In this document: positions 44,150 through 57,719 of the stretch, one piece after another
How positions within the stretch are numbered: the stretch's first letter is position 1
How the letters are laid out: the number at the start of each line of letters is the position of its first letter
Assembly: GCA_964016885.1 (NCBI GenBank)
Contig: OZ024745.1
Span: 78,554,001 to 78,618,000, forward strand
Reading direction: 5' to 3'
DNA: 64,000 bases
Origin: Eledone cirrhosa
Taxonomy: Eukaryota
Notes under the pieces: generated by a model
What the model was told of the DNA's origin: nothing
Databases searched by the model: none
What the model saw: the letters and a program-made list of their open reading frames with translations, nothing else
Position numbers and translations under genes: made by a program

Positions 44150-45670
44150 CATCGTACAAAAATTGCCACCCATTAACGTAACACTCACATATAGACATTC
44201 ACAATAACGCATCCCCATTACATCCTAATCCCATTTTTCACCACGGAAACCTCCCGATCTTCCGTTGAGGAAGGGGAAACCACAAAAACAAAAACAAACA
44301 AAAAAATCACCATAAATCCCCTAAATACCTTCGAAAACATCATCAAAAGCACGTCCACACCAAACACAGACAAATCTACAATAATACCGACTTTCCTGCT
44401 GCCATTACTACCACCACATAAAACAAAGGGTAAACACACAGGTTCAACAAGAACAACGAAACTTTGTGGTGGTGAGAAATACTAACAAAAAACTGATGCC
44501 TCTCATAACACAAACAACAGGGAGACAAAAGCCTATAAATAACCAGATTAAACATACACTTACAAATCAATGAGGAAGAGCTCCCCATATGGCAATGGAA
44601 ACCCAATGTGAAAGTCACCAGTCAGCTTTTAAAGAGTTTCCTGAAGGAACCCCAAATAGAGATGACCAGACGGACTAGTTAAGTTGTTGGTGGTCTGGTT
44701 TGACGCACAGACATGCACTGAGGCTACGACATCTGTAAACATTCCTAGACGCTGAGCAGGTGTGGTCGCCCTTTATCAAGGGCGTCTTTAGCGAAGACCG
44801 AGATTAGGCGCCTGAAATCTAGAATGTTGATAGGCACTCACAGACCTCTTCCAGTTAGAAAATGTGGTCGATGGAAATTCCACATTAGTGTTCTAAAGAG
44901 GACTAGTGGTGTGCAAGAGCGACGATATTCTTTGGGGAATTTTAGACTTCGAGCATAAGGAACTGACTTAGTATGTTTCGGAAGTCTTTTGACCCGATAA
45001 CTGGATAAGTTCCCGAAATCTCTGGCCTGTCAGTACTACCGTGCATCACCGGTTCGAGACAAAATCTACTGGCATGGAAGTGCTGTCAAATGGGCCTGTC
45101 CGAGATGCCCGTCAAGCAGTATCCATGCATTGCTGACTTGTGGAGTTTTGTCAAACAGGTGTTGTCGCGTCTATGGCAGATCCTTCTATCGTCCGATTCC
45201 ATCTTTTCCTGCTTGATGGTTATAGCAAAAATTGTTATGTAGTGAGGCTGAACAGACTAAAACAGATACATTCTTCTTTGGCTAAGGCCTCATTGACTTT
45301 TTCAAGTTTCACAAGCAAATTGTGTGTGTGTGGAGAGGGAAGTGTACCCCCCTCCCCACACTCACAAGATATTTGTAAAAAAAATGGGTGAATGTAGCAA
45401 GAGTGGACCTTACTGTAAGGATGCGCCTATAGGCTGGAGAGAATAGAAGAGAGAGAGGGAGTTTTCTATGGTGCCCTTTGGGTATTGGAATGATCTTCGA
45501 TCTGGTGGGGTTCCTTAATTACTCCTTGGTAGTTCTTCCCCCTTTAAATAATTATGTTATAACGTTTTTTTTTTATTTGCTACCTATTTTTTTTCTTTAT
45601 CTACACATCCATATGTGAACCCCCACTGTCCTTTTTTATTGTATTGACCCGAGTGGCCAGTAAAGAAATT
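44150..45670 (+). mobile_element. Decayed L1/Tx1-like LINE
   Basis: KSLACQYYRASPVRDKIYWHGSAVKWACPRCPSSSIHALLTC (zf-RVT-like) at ~45005-45140; probable ORF1 remnants upstream. Confidence 0.6.
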
Positions 45671-45754
45671 GGCTTTCGGATTGTCTGAACACAACCGATT
45701 TTTTCCAGAGAAGGAGAGGAAGAGAATGGACGTGCAAAAGAGATATAGAGGAAG

Positions 45755-45896
45755 AATCGACCCTGGCATCAGACTGATGATTTTTGATCAAAGGATGAAA
45801 GGCAACGTTGACTTTTGTGGGATTTAAACTGAGAGTGCGCAGAAAGCCGCAAAGCATTTTATCCGACGTTCTAACGGCTCTTCCAATTCGCCGCCT
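45755..45896 (-). mobile_element. Dominant SINE, just upstream of the EGF1 exon
   Basis: aaggatgaaaggcaacgttgac...gggatttaaact...ccaattcgccgcc. Confidence 0.75.
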
Positions 45897-45942
45897 GCAT
45901 TTTATTATACTTTCAATAAATTATGCTCTCTTTAATTGGCAG

Positions 45943-46038
45943 CTGTGTGTCGTACGGAATGCAATAAACGTGGAACTTGTACGGGTCCAGACACTTGTAG
46001 ATGCAACACTGGATGGGCTGGACCAACATGTGAAACAG
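45943..46038 (+). CDS. EGFL7: EGFL7/8-like exon: EGF-like domain 1 (VCRTECNKRGTCTGPDTCRCNTGWAGPTCET)
   Basis: ggcag acceptor and g|gtatgt donor; six-Cys EGF pattern with CxCxxGWxGxxC; 96 nt, phase 1->1. Confidence 0.92.
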
Positions 46039-46219
46039 GTATGTGAATTTGAAATTCACTATTTATACAAAAATACAGCAACACTAGTTAGTATCTCATA
46101 GATATCACGAACATGTCATTATAACAATATAGAATTACTATAAGCTGCACTAGTTTAATTCACTTGATATTCGTATATTCCCGTATTATATTTTATTTTG
46201 CTTGTTTCATACTGCACAG

Positions 46220-46342
46220 ATTTGGATGAATGTAGCCAGGAAATGCACATGTGCCAACAAACGTGTCTAAACACGTTAGGAAGCTATGAGTGTGGTTGTT
46301 ACGAAGGATTCCAGGTAGCCAAAGATAAAACCTCATGTGAAA
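46220..46342 (+). CDS. EGFL7: EGFL7/8-like exon: calcium-binding EGF domain (DLDECSQEMHMCQQTCLNTLGSYECGCYEGFQVAKDKTSCE)
   Basis: cacag acceptor and a|gtaagt donor; DxDEC...CxNTxGSYxCxC consensus; 123 nt, phase 1->1. Confidence 0.93.
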
Positions 46343-48342
46343 GTAAGTATCTTTTTACTGCCTTAACTAGAGAGGCACTGTAAGCATTGATGGCCGAATC
46401 GTATATATACTTGTGAGATTGCAGAATCGATTTCTTGTATCCTAGCACCTGGTGCTGTGCTTTTTCCTTGACATGGTACTTAATTCTCATTGAATGGATA
46501 CACCTAACTCGAATCAGGGGCCTCAATATGATATAATTTACCACTGTAAATAGCCTCTGGTATTGACGTAGTTCTTTTGGCTTCCATTGCCAAGTGTAAT
46601 TTTTCACGCTCGAAAAAATAAAATGCTATTCTATCCGATTTCTATGTCAGATTGTACAACGTTTGTGTGGATAGAATGTAGTTATTGTTATTATTGTTGT
46701 TTAGTTATAGGTTGACCCTAACTGAGTAGATATATTATCAAATCATTGAAACCATGTTTTTCCCATATTTTTGTAAGTCTAGGAAAACATTTTCCAATGT
46801 GTCCTTCATATTTTAAGGGAATTAGGGACACGTCACTGCTATTTCTAGAATAGGTTTTATGTTGTGCGTTACGTATTGAGGATCACATAAGTGTCAGAGG
46901 TTAAGTGCTGTGTATCAGGTATGATGTTGTGTTTTAAAGTTGTGTGTTATATATGAGACCCTATATCGTTTGAAAAATCTTGTATCGAATTTGAGGTCAT
47001 GTTTTTTTGGTCCAGATCATGTATTTTGTGTGGTCATATCTTACTTCTAAGCTCATTAGTTTTGTATGAAGCTATAATTTGCATAATGAGGTCATGCGTG
47101 GCACCAAGATATTTATAATATGATCTCGTGCGAGAGTATATGATATGTGACATATATTGCGAGTGAAGCCCTGTATTGTTTTGTTGAAATGCCAGATGTA
47201 TTATGTAAGATTTTATATTCCATGGCGCATGTATTTACAGTAGATGAACTCATGCGAAATAATGTCATATATTAATATACAATGTAATATGTCCTCTTAG
47301 ATAGTGAGTTGCATGAACATTACATTTCATAATAAAAGGTTGGCTGTTATGTCGGGATACGTATGGACACACACATACATATGTATATTCATACATGTAC
47401 ATATTCACATTTGGATACATACATTCATACATACATCCACCCATTAGTGTTAGAAATCATGAAAATGGTAATGGGTGCTTCTATACTTCCTTTGACTAAG
47501 CCATTTAAAAAATACATACATACTGATGTGTGGTTTGGGTCCCGTCAGTAATTTTGGTATTTTTTTACGATTTCAAATTAATGCTGTTTATGTTTAACGC
47601 CTTAATTGTTAAAACATAATTTATCTAAATTTTTAGGGTCAATTATCATGGAAAACTTCTCTGTAAGATGTATTAAATTGCTATGTTGAACATTAGTAGA
47701 AGCAGCGTGTTCTGCTGGTGATAAGAGGCTGATAAATGTATTGCGGGACACAAGCATAATCCTGCGGAACTTGAAAGATTTAATTTAAAAGTAGAAGAAA
47801 GAAAACACACATAAACTCAGATTAGTGTAATCGACAAAATGACCAACAGTATTATGCTTATGAGGACATATTTACAGTCCTGTCACTAGATTTTGGTAAT
47901 TTCAATTTAGGGTTTGGATAATGCTTAATATTATTTACATAAATTATCTGCATATGCATGGCTGTGTGGTTAAGAACTTTGGTTCACAAGCTCATAATTC
48001 TAGATTCAATCATATTTGCACAACACATTGAGTACGTATCTTCTATTTTAACATTAGATAGAGCAAAACCTTGTGAGTTGGATTTGATAGACAGCAACAG
48101 CACAAAAGCCCGTCATATACATTATATTAATATGTATGTGTGCGTGTGTGCGCGCACGCTTGTTTCCCTTGCAGTGTTTATGTTTACACCAGTGTGTGTG
48201 TTTATGTTTACACCAGTGTCTATGTGTGTTGATTATATATTATGTTTATATATGTATTTTTCGAAATTAAATTAAATGTTGTACACGATGCCCAGTTTTC
48301 TGTCCCATATTAACTAAGTTCTTGTTGCATCTTTACTTCTAG

Positions 48343-48431
48343 TTTGTTTAACGTGCAACAAAGAATACAGGGACTTACAAGATGATGTCAAGAATTTAAC
48401 AGAAAAAGTTATCATATTGGAAAAAGAAAAG
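48343..48431 (+). CDS. EGFL7: EGFL7/8-like exon: coiled-coil start (ICLTCNKEYRDLQDDVKNLTEKVIILEKEK)
   Basis: ctttacttctag acceptor and aag|gtatgt donor; heptad-like, similar to EGFL7 EEVQRLQSRVDLLEEK; 89 nt, phase 1->0. Confidence 0.85.
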
Positions 48432-48629
48432 GTATGTTTGATTTGATATTTTAAATCATCTAGAAGTTGACTTTACAACAGAAAAAATATGGCAATAGGT
48501 GTATAGAAAGAAAAAATCTGAAATTATTTTCTTATTCGTATGTGATTTATATTGAAACAATTTACCTATACAAAAAAATATATATCGTTTTTTAAGTTCG
48601 TTTTTTTTTATGCATTCGTACGTGTCTAT

Positions 48630-48825
48630 ACACCAGGTCCGAACACAAAGGAACCAAACTCCCACTGTCACTACCTCCGTCTCTCTCGCTCTCCCCATCT
48701 CTCACTATTGTGAACAAATGTGGTTCCACATGCTGGCCTCCCCGCAGCCCCAGCGAACACAATAGAGAAGGCGTTTCCCCGGGGGAGGATGAAGGAGACG
48801 CGCTGAAAGAGCCATTCCAGCTCAT
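48630..48825 (-). mobile_element. 3' fragment related to the CRE/NeSL-like element at 24575
   Basis: gagaaggcgtttcccc...ggagacgcgctg is shared with 24626-24670. Confidence 0.7.
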
Positions 48826-48936
48826 ATTTGGTCACAACTTCCCCTAGCCTGATGTATTTTCTTAGGAAAGATGCTTTCCTCTTCGCATTCCATTTGTATC
48901 TCTTCGTTACCCCAATTAAAATTTCTTCTATAACAG

Positions 48937-49159
48937 GAGGAAATGCATCAAAGTATCTCTGTCATCCAAAGAGACTACAAGAAAACAATTGCACTAATAA
49001 AGGATATTAAAAATAAACCGACACCAAGCTTGACAACGGCGAAACCCACCACGGTTTCCACTAATCTCAATGGCTACTATTCTGCTTATGATCTACGAGA
49101 ACAAGTTGAATCTCTCAGTGAACAGATTGGTATCCTCGAAGAAAAACTATCGACAACGT
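48937..49159 (+). CDS. EGFL7: EGFL7/8-like exon: C-terminal region (EEMHQS...LREQVESLSEQIGILEEKLSTT)
   Basis: taacag acceptor and t|gtaaga donor; SLSEQIxxLEExL motif as in EGFL7/8; 223 nt, phase 0->1. Confidence 0.9.
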
Positions 49160-49350
49160 GTAAGATTTTTACAGTAACTCTTTCTAAATTGCTTCTAAAA
49201 CATATTTATGCAGACCCTCACACAACGATATAAAAGCATTTGCCTTACTAGACAGGTATGTGTAGTAAGAATTGTTAATATAACTAGAATGTTCAAAGCT
49301 GAAGGTTTCTCTAATGACTATTTCATGTTATATATATTTCACAGTCCTTG

Positions 49351-49565
49351 GGGCGGTGGATTGGCAGTATCGGTAGAGGGTCCGACGCCATGCTTTTCAG
49401 CATAGAGTTACGGCCCCTTATAATCTGAGTTCAAATCTCGCCGAGGTTAATTTTACCTTTCATCCTTACGGAGTCGATAAAATAAAGTACCAGTCACGCA
49501 CTGGGGTTGATTTAATCGACTTTGCCCTCCCCCCAAATTGCTGGCCTTGCGCCTACATAAGAAAC
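49351..49565 (+). mobile_element. Full-length dominant tRNA-derived SINE in the last intron
   Basis: A box TGGCAGTATCGG and B box GAGTTCAAATC; flanked by atttcacagtcct on both sides (probable TSD). Confidence 0.88.
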
Positions 49566-49657
49566 CATTTATTTCACAGTCCTAATATAAATTCCATAGT
49601 TCCATTACGACTTCTAATTTATAAAGCCATTTCATTATTTCTCCTCTTCTTTTTTAG

Positions 49658-49677
49658 GTTCTTGTCAATACAATTGA
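49658..49677 (+). CDS. EGFL7: EGFL7/8-like last coding exon (CSCQYN-stop)
   Basis: ctcttctttttttag acceptor; completes the terminal CSC motif; TGA at 49675-49677. Confidence 0.87.
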
Positions 49678-49974
49678 TTATGATATAAAATTAGACTCTG
49701 TGGATAGTGAACTGTGCACATCTTATATCACCCTATTTCAATCAGCCGTCCCATGACGAACTTAAACAATACAGAAGTCGACTGACGCCAAATGCTCTTC
49801 AACCTGTACAACTATGATATCAGGACTTGGCACTCAGTTGTTCCTGATAGCAAACTATCAACGCTGGTACACGTATCAACAAGACAAGTCTGCCACGATG
49901 ACTATGTGCAATACCTGCACAACATATTAAATACCGAGTGCTTGAAGGAAACATTTTAGCTATTTCTCAATTTT

Positions 49975-49980
49975 AATAAA
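49975..49980 (+). terminator. Candidate polyadenylation signal AATAAA of the EGFL7/8-like gene
   Basis: First AATAAA noted downstream of the stop codon, about 300 nt after it. Confidence 0.45.
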
Positions 49981-50071
49981 CATGATGGGAAATAGTTGTC
50001 TCTGCTTTGCAAATAAGCAGAAAAAATGCTTAACTTTTGAAACAAAAAGAACATATAAATACATAAACATG

Positions 50072-50113
<42 letters not shown>

Positions 50114-50738
50114 TACATACATACATACATACATACATACATACATACATACATACATGCATGCATGCATGCATGCATGCATGCATGCATGCATGCATGT
50201 ATGTATGTATATCGCAAAAGAGACTAAAAGGAAACGATTTTGTTTTACAAATAAAACAAAACGTACTCTAATATTTTCATAAACTCATTCTGATGACATT
50301 CTCTCTTCTGATCTCTCTGATGACGCCATCTCCTTAAGTTAAGGAGTTGCTATGATTCTTTTAACCCCATAATCATATTCTTCAAGAATATATGAAATGC
50401 AAGTATCTTAGATTTATTTTTATTATCAGACAATAAACAGACTCTTTTCTCTAAGGAGATGTGATGTTGATTTAAGTGATAAAATATTGGTAACATGGAA
50501 CACAACTACAAAAACGAAAGGAAAGAATAAATGCTAATAGGAAAAGACGAATATCATTGTCGGAAATATCGTAACATGGAAATTGCTCATTTAATTTTAG
50601 TGGAAACAAAAAGGAAACTACAGATCTTCTGGAAAATATGTCACGGTTGCGTCTTAGATAAGTACTTAACCATTCTCTTACTTTCGTCCAAATGACTTCA
50701 TTAAGGGATTTAGTTTCCTGATTTTTCACAGGTGAATG

Positions 50739-50780
<42 letters not shown>

Positions 50781-50785
<5 letters not shown>

Positions 50786-51030
50786 ATATATGTGTGTGTG
50801 TGTATATATATGTATATATATATAAGTATATGTATATGTGTATATATATGTGTGTGTGTGTGTATATATATGTATATATACATAAGTAAATGTATATGTG
50901 TATATATATGTGTGTGTGTGTGTATATATATGTATATATATATAAGTATATGTATATGTGTATATATATGTGTGTGTGTGTGTATATATATGTATATATA
51001 TATAAGTATATGTATATGTGTATATATACG
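50781..51030 (+). repeat. 60-bp higher-order tandem repeat built from microsatellite pieces (~4 copies)
   Basis: Successive 60-nt sequence lines are nearly identical. Confidence 0.9.
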
Positions 51031-51129
51031 TGTGTTTGTGTGGATAGATAGATAGATAGATAGATATCTTAGATTGATAGATAAATAGATAGATAGATAG
51101 ATAGATAGATGTAGGTATATTTGTTGCTG

Positions 51130-52120
51130 TCATTGTTTTAAAATAGATTCCATCGAAGCAATTTTTTTAACCCCGTGCAGATTGTTCTGTACCTTTCATG
51201 AACATCTAGACTTATCATATATCTATGTCTCCCTCTGAATGGTTGGCTTCATTGTCCTTCTTTGATTGAATAATAGGAATGACTTAATAACTAAGTAGCC
51301 TGTATTATTTGGAAACCCGAATCCAAAATCAGTTTGGGTTTTCTCCTTAATTCTGGTCAGTTTATTTATTCATCAAAATCATTAGCAATTTTTAAATGTT
51401 GCCACAATGAGGGTTTATTAAGTGAGTGATTACAATAATCTGTTTCGAGGTTCTAACGATGTTGAGATGATTCTATAGATCAACTGAGTTTTGTAGAGAC
51501 TTTACTTCGTCCTCTAGCAGGGTTGTTTAAATGTTTCATTTCTGTCAATTTAATCATTACCCAGGATATGACACTTCTATTAATTACTCTCTTCGATGTA
51601 TTTTCGTCTCATGTGAGTATTTCTATGCATATAGTGATGCTAAAGAAGCTGAAGTTGTTTATATGTCGAAAGTTCGACCATGACTTATTATACGGGAGCT
51701 TGTGTACAATATAGAGTATCACTAACCATTTACAAAAATGGCTGAAGTGTGTTGAGCTAGATGTCAACTCTTCGAGTATACGAACGTTCCTGTGGGAATT
51801 CTTTTAACCGCATCTATAGTAACAAATATTGTTAATCAAACTAGATGTAGTTTTGTTCCAAAGATTACCACTTGATGTTAACATTCAAATTTCGATTGAA
51901 GAATTTATAACTATATTTTGAACAGGAACCGACACAAGATTTCGAGATATGAAATAATTTCGGAAATATTATTGCTTCATGATTAATTTGATGCCTTCAA
52001 CTGAGATAACTGATGTTATTAGTATCTCGCCATATAAGGCGTGATTGACTGTATTGTCAGCAATAGTCTCAAAATTAATTTGAATCTTGTCAAATCGGTT
52101 TGAATAAATGCTAACTACAA
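51130..52120 (-). mobile_element. Possible very old LINE RT relic
   Basis: Only weak RT-like remnants among many stops. Confidence 0.3.
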
Positions 52121-52267
52121 ATAATGTGTTGCATTCAATGTTTTACCATTTTGTTTTATATTTATATTACAACTATTCGGATAAAATATTTTTATATTCT
52201 CTTTTCCTCTATCCTTCTTTTCCTTTTCTTATCTCTCTATATCTTATCTGTCTCTCTTTCTCTCTCA

Positions 52268-52309
<42 letters not shown>

Positions 52310-52329
52310 ATATATGTATTCCGTGAAAT

Positions 52330-52826
52330 CACTATACACATTTTAATGGCCCAGCTCCATCATCCAAATACGATGCAAATCAGGACGATCTCATCAGATA
52401 ACTGACCGAGAGAGAAATCGCTGCCAACAGACCGGATATCATCATAAAAAACAAAGCAGATCGGACATGTAGCTTTATAGATACTTCCGTATTAGATGAA
52501 AAGAAAACATCTGTTAAAACAATGGAAAAACTATCAGAATACAAAGACCTGGAAATAGATCAACCGCATGTGGAGGATGACCGCAAACATTATCCCTCTG
52601 GTAATAGGAGCATTAGGATTAATACCCAAATCATCAGACCTGAACCTTAGCGCCCTTTCCTGCAAGATCAGCAAATATGAGCTACAGAAGATCGGGCTAC
52701 TAAGAACATCACACATTTTCAAACGAGTTCTCTCTCTACAATGAAAACATCTAATGCGGTAGGTTCAAGCCCTGAACCCAGCAATAGAGAAACTGATCTA
52801 AACGAAATAATACAACAATAATAATA
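52330..52826 (+). mobile_element. R4/Dong-like LINE 3' end (restriction-like endonuclease)
   Basis: ANRPDIII, CSFID, EKLSEYKDL, IIPLVIGALG and LQKIGLLRTSHIFKRVL; ends in an (AAT)n-like tail. Confidence 0.8.
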
Positions 52827-55437
52827 CCGAGGGCCACGATGGTATTTGTGACAGCATCGTCCTCAACGCTCCTTCCGTGAACTCATTTTGTTAGCCTACT
52901 TTTGCTGCTAACATTTTGTCCTTGTCTATTCCGGTCTTGTGTATGAGATTGTAAGCATTTTTCTTAAAAACGAACTACTCTTCTAAGTTGCAACAACACC
53001 CCAACACTTAAGCCAATATATTAGAGGGAAAGTAGCCTCTCTGCTTCTAATAATGTTACTTGAGATGTAAATAATCAGTTGTGTCTTGTAAATTCATTAA
53101 CATAAACATATATACGTGTATGTGTGTGTGTGTCTGTTGCACGCGTGCATGTATGTAGGTGTGTATGAATGCTCACTTACATATATATTTATACGTATAT
53201 GTACAAAACTGACAACTTTAGACACTAGTGATAATGATTAGACAATATTAGCCCCAGCTAACTTTCCCAATTTTACAAATTCAATTGATTTGTAATGTGA
53301 TTAAAATATGAAAGTTCCAACATATATTTAATTTAAATTATTGTCCCTGAAATACCAAAAACGTGTTGTTTTTTTGTATTTATCTTAAACCTAGCTTTTT
53401 ATCTCCTAAAGGGACTTAAGCACGCATATATTTACATAATACAATTCTGCATATTGCCAGAATATAGGGGATTGATGTAGCATCAGAGATTCTATATTTT
53501 TCACTTCCAATTTTTTTTTTTGTTAATATCTAAAACAATTAGTTGTATTCATCGTTTGCTTTTTGATTGAGAACTCTTCCAAAACATTTAACATTGGCTC
53601 TACTAGAAACTTTCGTAGAACTTTGGTTGTAGAAGATATTCTGATAAGAAGAAACTGTTATTGTTGAATATGTTTGTTTAAGTTACAAAATGGCGCCGTC
53701 ATTGCTTCACGTGCTGACGGATATGTCATCATGACCCCAGTAAAATAATATTACTGTTAAATATTATAAATATAAAACGGTGTGTGTGTGTGCTGATTTA
53801 ATTCCCACTCTTGAAATTTTCTCTATGGGTTTAACTTGACGTATAAGATACAGAAATAAATCGTTTCCCCTAAACAATAATTTTTTCAAACACGAAGCTA
53901 TGGTTGCATGCTTTACATTGTTTCTGAATATCAACCTCTAGTTTCCTATATACAGTTACAAACAATCTTTATGTTTAAGCTCTCCGTATGAAACATAGTA
54001 TGAGAAATATAACGAATAGGTAACTCCAGAAATAATGGTCACAGTGGAATGGAAAACAAAATTCTAAAGCACTTATATTATATTAAAGATCGAATTATAT
54101 TTTTTTTAATTTCATACAACAAATTTTCAAATTTATATGTTTTCAAAGATTTTTCATTGTATAGTTTTTAAACTGTGATATCGCATTGACTTTTATACTT
54201 ACTGAAATGGGTTGGCAAGTCTGCGATAGATAGATAGGTAGGTAGGTAAGTAGATAGATAGATAGATAGATAGAGAGAGTAAGTGAGTAGGAGAGGAGAA
54301 AGAGAGAGAGTCTAATGTGGATAAAAACAAAAGAAGCTATAAATGTGTTTATAAATTGTATATAACAAAACATTTCTATACCGAATGATAATTTGCCAGA
54401 AGCCAATAAAAGCTCTAACCAACCAGGGTCTACAAATTGTTCTGCTTACAAATATACATAAATACAATATGACGTTTGTTGTTAGTATTTGTAGTCAGCA
54501 TTTATTATAATCGACTGTAGTAATTTCATTTCCAATATCCCAAAGATGACATTTATATACTGAAGGGAAAAAGTAGATGAAAAATGCTGAAAACTCACTG
54601 AAAGATTTATATTTCCCTAGAATAAATAAACAATGTGTTAACGTGGCTTATTTTAATGTTGTGCCACATCCTGTTACTGTTTTGTTGACTAGCTCTTGGC
54701 TACTTGCTGCGCCCTCCTTTATTACTAAAGCAAAAGTACTAGTATACTGATTGTCTGACTATCTTAAATATTCCAATGGCGTCGAGTTGGTCTGGGATGC
54801 AACTACACCTGTCCTAGCCAACGGGTTTATTACATTTGGTGAGAACGACGGAAGAAAAATAAATATAAACGTCGGACATATGTGATTTCAGGACAATGTT
54901 TTGTTAAGAAAGCCACGAAAGATAGTTTAAATTAAGGAAACGCAGTTGTTGGAACAAATAATGGGTGGATTTACGTTTCCAAGTATAAATATTTGATGGC
55001 ATTTCTAAGTCGAAAAACGTTAACCTTTAGATTAGAAGAAATATTTCCTGTTGGGAATAACAGTCAGCAATATACTATGAACGAGAAACACCTGCATCTA
55101 TAAGGAAGGGTAATAGATGAGATTTTTTGCAACTAAACTTATTCGGTTTGCATATAATAACGATAAAACCGAAAGAAAAATAACAAATATTTAGAGTTTC
55201 AACAATTACACAATTTATTCCTTGTTTCTTATATAAAATCAAGACATTGCACCTAATATAAAATATAATTATAACTAAATAAATGATAAGTGAAACATAT
55301 AATCAACAAAAAAGGAATCATATATACAGTTAATACTGACATGAAATTGGCAATATCTTTGTATTCCCCGTCGAAAAAGGTCATTAAACGTATTCTTGTT
55401 ATTATATATGTGCACAGCTTATATATATATATATATA

Positions 55438-56200
55438 ACATGAGAAGAAAGAGGAATACTGCGTGGTTGCACATGGCTTACATATTATAAAATTAGTCCC
55501 TCGTCAGTGATTTGCCAACCATCATTGGTATTTCATCGCATTAAAAATCATATACCTCAGGTTGGTGCGAACAATAACTAAAAAGAGCTATTGGGACAAG
55601 TGAATTGCGTAAAGCGAGTGAGACAAGTAAACAACATAGAAGGATAAAAGCAAACCGAAGATAGAAAAAAAACAAGCAATATGGTTATCCGGTCAGCATA
55701 AACTGGGTGGATTTCATGAGCAATCAAAATACAGACCGTCCGACGTGAGTGAGATGTGAGCAAGAAAGGACCCAACTATTAACCAAACGGGAGGAAGTGA
55801 GAAGGGGAGAAACAGAGAGTGAGTGAGTGGAAGTGCGAGGAAGAGATCAGTCGAGAGAAAGTGTAATTAACAGAGGGGGCGAAAGAAGGTGAGAGAAACG
55901 GAGAGAACGGGGGAGCAGTAAGAGAGAAAGAGAGAAACAGACAAACGCACCCGAGGTAAATATGTATAAAAAACATGAGAAGAAAGAGGAATACTGCGTG
56001 GATGCACATGGGTTACATATTATAAAATTAGTCCCTCGTCAGTGATTTGCCAACCATCATTGGTATTTCATCGTATTAAAAATCATATACCTCAGGTTGG
56101 TGCGAACAATAACTAAAAAAAGCTATTGGGACAAGTGAATCGCGTAAAGCGAGTGAGACAAGTAAACAGCATAGAAGGATGAAAGCAACGAGAAATGAAA
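55438..56200. mobile_element. Non-coding element with ~215-bp direct repeats (about 1.4 monomers of ~535 bp)
   Basis: 55438-55653 is repeated at 55973-56188; flanked by (TA)n. Confidence 0.85.
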
Positions 56201-56215
56201 TATATATATACATAC

Positions 56216-56252
<37 letters not shown>

Positions 56253-56464
56253 TATATATGTATATATGAATGTATATATATGTAAGTATATATATGTATA
56301 TATGTATGTATATATATGTAAGTATATATATGTATATATGTATATATATATATATATGTATGTATATATATATATATGTATATATATATATGTATGTATA
56401 TATATATATGTATGTATATATATATATGTATGTATATATATATATGTATGTATATATGTATATA

Positions 56465-56523
<59 letters not shown>

Positions 56524-56689
56524 ATATAATATATGTATGTATAATAATTGTCACAAGTGTAGTGTTTGTAACAGAGTTTTCAAGCCGCTGGCTGGACTAA
56601 AAAGTCACACTCGTTCAGCGCATCGGTAGCGGTTCTCCTACATGGATATAAAGTAGTGGCCGTACTCGAAAACGAGTTGGCAGCCACCA

Positions 56690-56849
<160 letters not shown>

Positions 56850-56979
56850 AAGTATATATATCCCTACACGCCCAAAGCGCTTAGAGAAACATGTATTGTC
56901 CAACCATATGCCAATGTGGTTCAATGGCAAGTTAATAAATTAACGAGCCAGAACATATATAATCAAGGTTTAAACCTTG

Positions 56980-57054
<75 letters not shown>

Positions 57055-57098
57055 TATATATATATACACACGGCTGTGTATGATTGTGTAAGGAAGAT

Positions 57099-57496
57099 TA
57101 TATTAATAAAATGAATTCCAACTTTGTCTGATTTACTCTTTTTATTTACAATCCGTTAAAATTATAATGATATTATAATGAAATAGTATGGTAGAATATT
57201 AAATGTTAAGTGTTAATTGAACAAGTACTTTCATGCTTTCGCAATCTTCAGCTTCATATTCTGTGGTGACAGTCAAGTTTGCAATTTTCAACAAGTTTGC
57301 AATTTTCACAGTTCAAAATTGCAAACTTGACTGTCACCACAGAATATGAAGCTGAAGATTGCGAAAGCATGAAAGTACTTGTTCAATTAACACTTAACAT
57401 TTAATATTCTACCATACTATTTCATTATAATATCATTATAATTTTAAAGGATTGAAAATAAAACAGGTAAATCAGACAAAGTTGGAATTCCTTTTA

Positions 57497-57503
<7 letters not shown>
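57099..57503. repeat. ~400-bp fold-back with a minimal hammerhead-like motif in each arm (second copy 59074-59478)
   Basis: ~190-bp inverted arms; TGAAG-CTGAAGA-tTGC-GAAA-GCAt-GAAA-GTAC-TT-GTTCA at 57347-57385. Confidence 0.88.
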
Positions 57504-57561
<58 letters not shown>

Positions 57562-57609
57562 AATGAATAATAACAGGTAGACATCATAAAAAGGTAATTT
57601 ATTCCGTGT

Positions 57610-57719
57610 GCTTACAAATGTTTCCACGGTGGTACTACAGCCTAGTTATGCTATGTGCAAATTTACAACTATTTGCAGAACTCAAATATCCAATGCTGTG
57701 ACCACTGTATCCTCAGAGC
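57610..57719 (-). ncRNA. Hammerhead motif in the inverted Penelope pseudo-LTR (second copy 59571-59680)
   Basis: Minus strand GCT-CTGAGGA-tACAGTGGT...ACCACCGTg-GAAA-CATTTG-TA-AGC; GUA site, long stem II insert. Confidence 0.6.

Noticed and set aside
46343-48936. A miR-126-like hairpin, as in vertebrate EGFL7 introns
   Set aside because: No miR-126-like sequence or clear pre-miRNA hairpin was seen.
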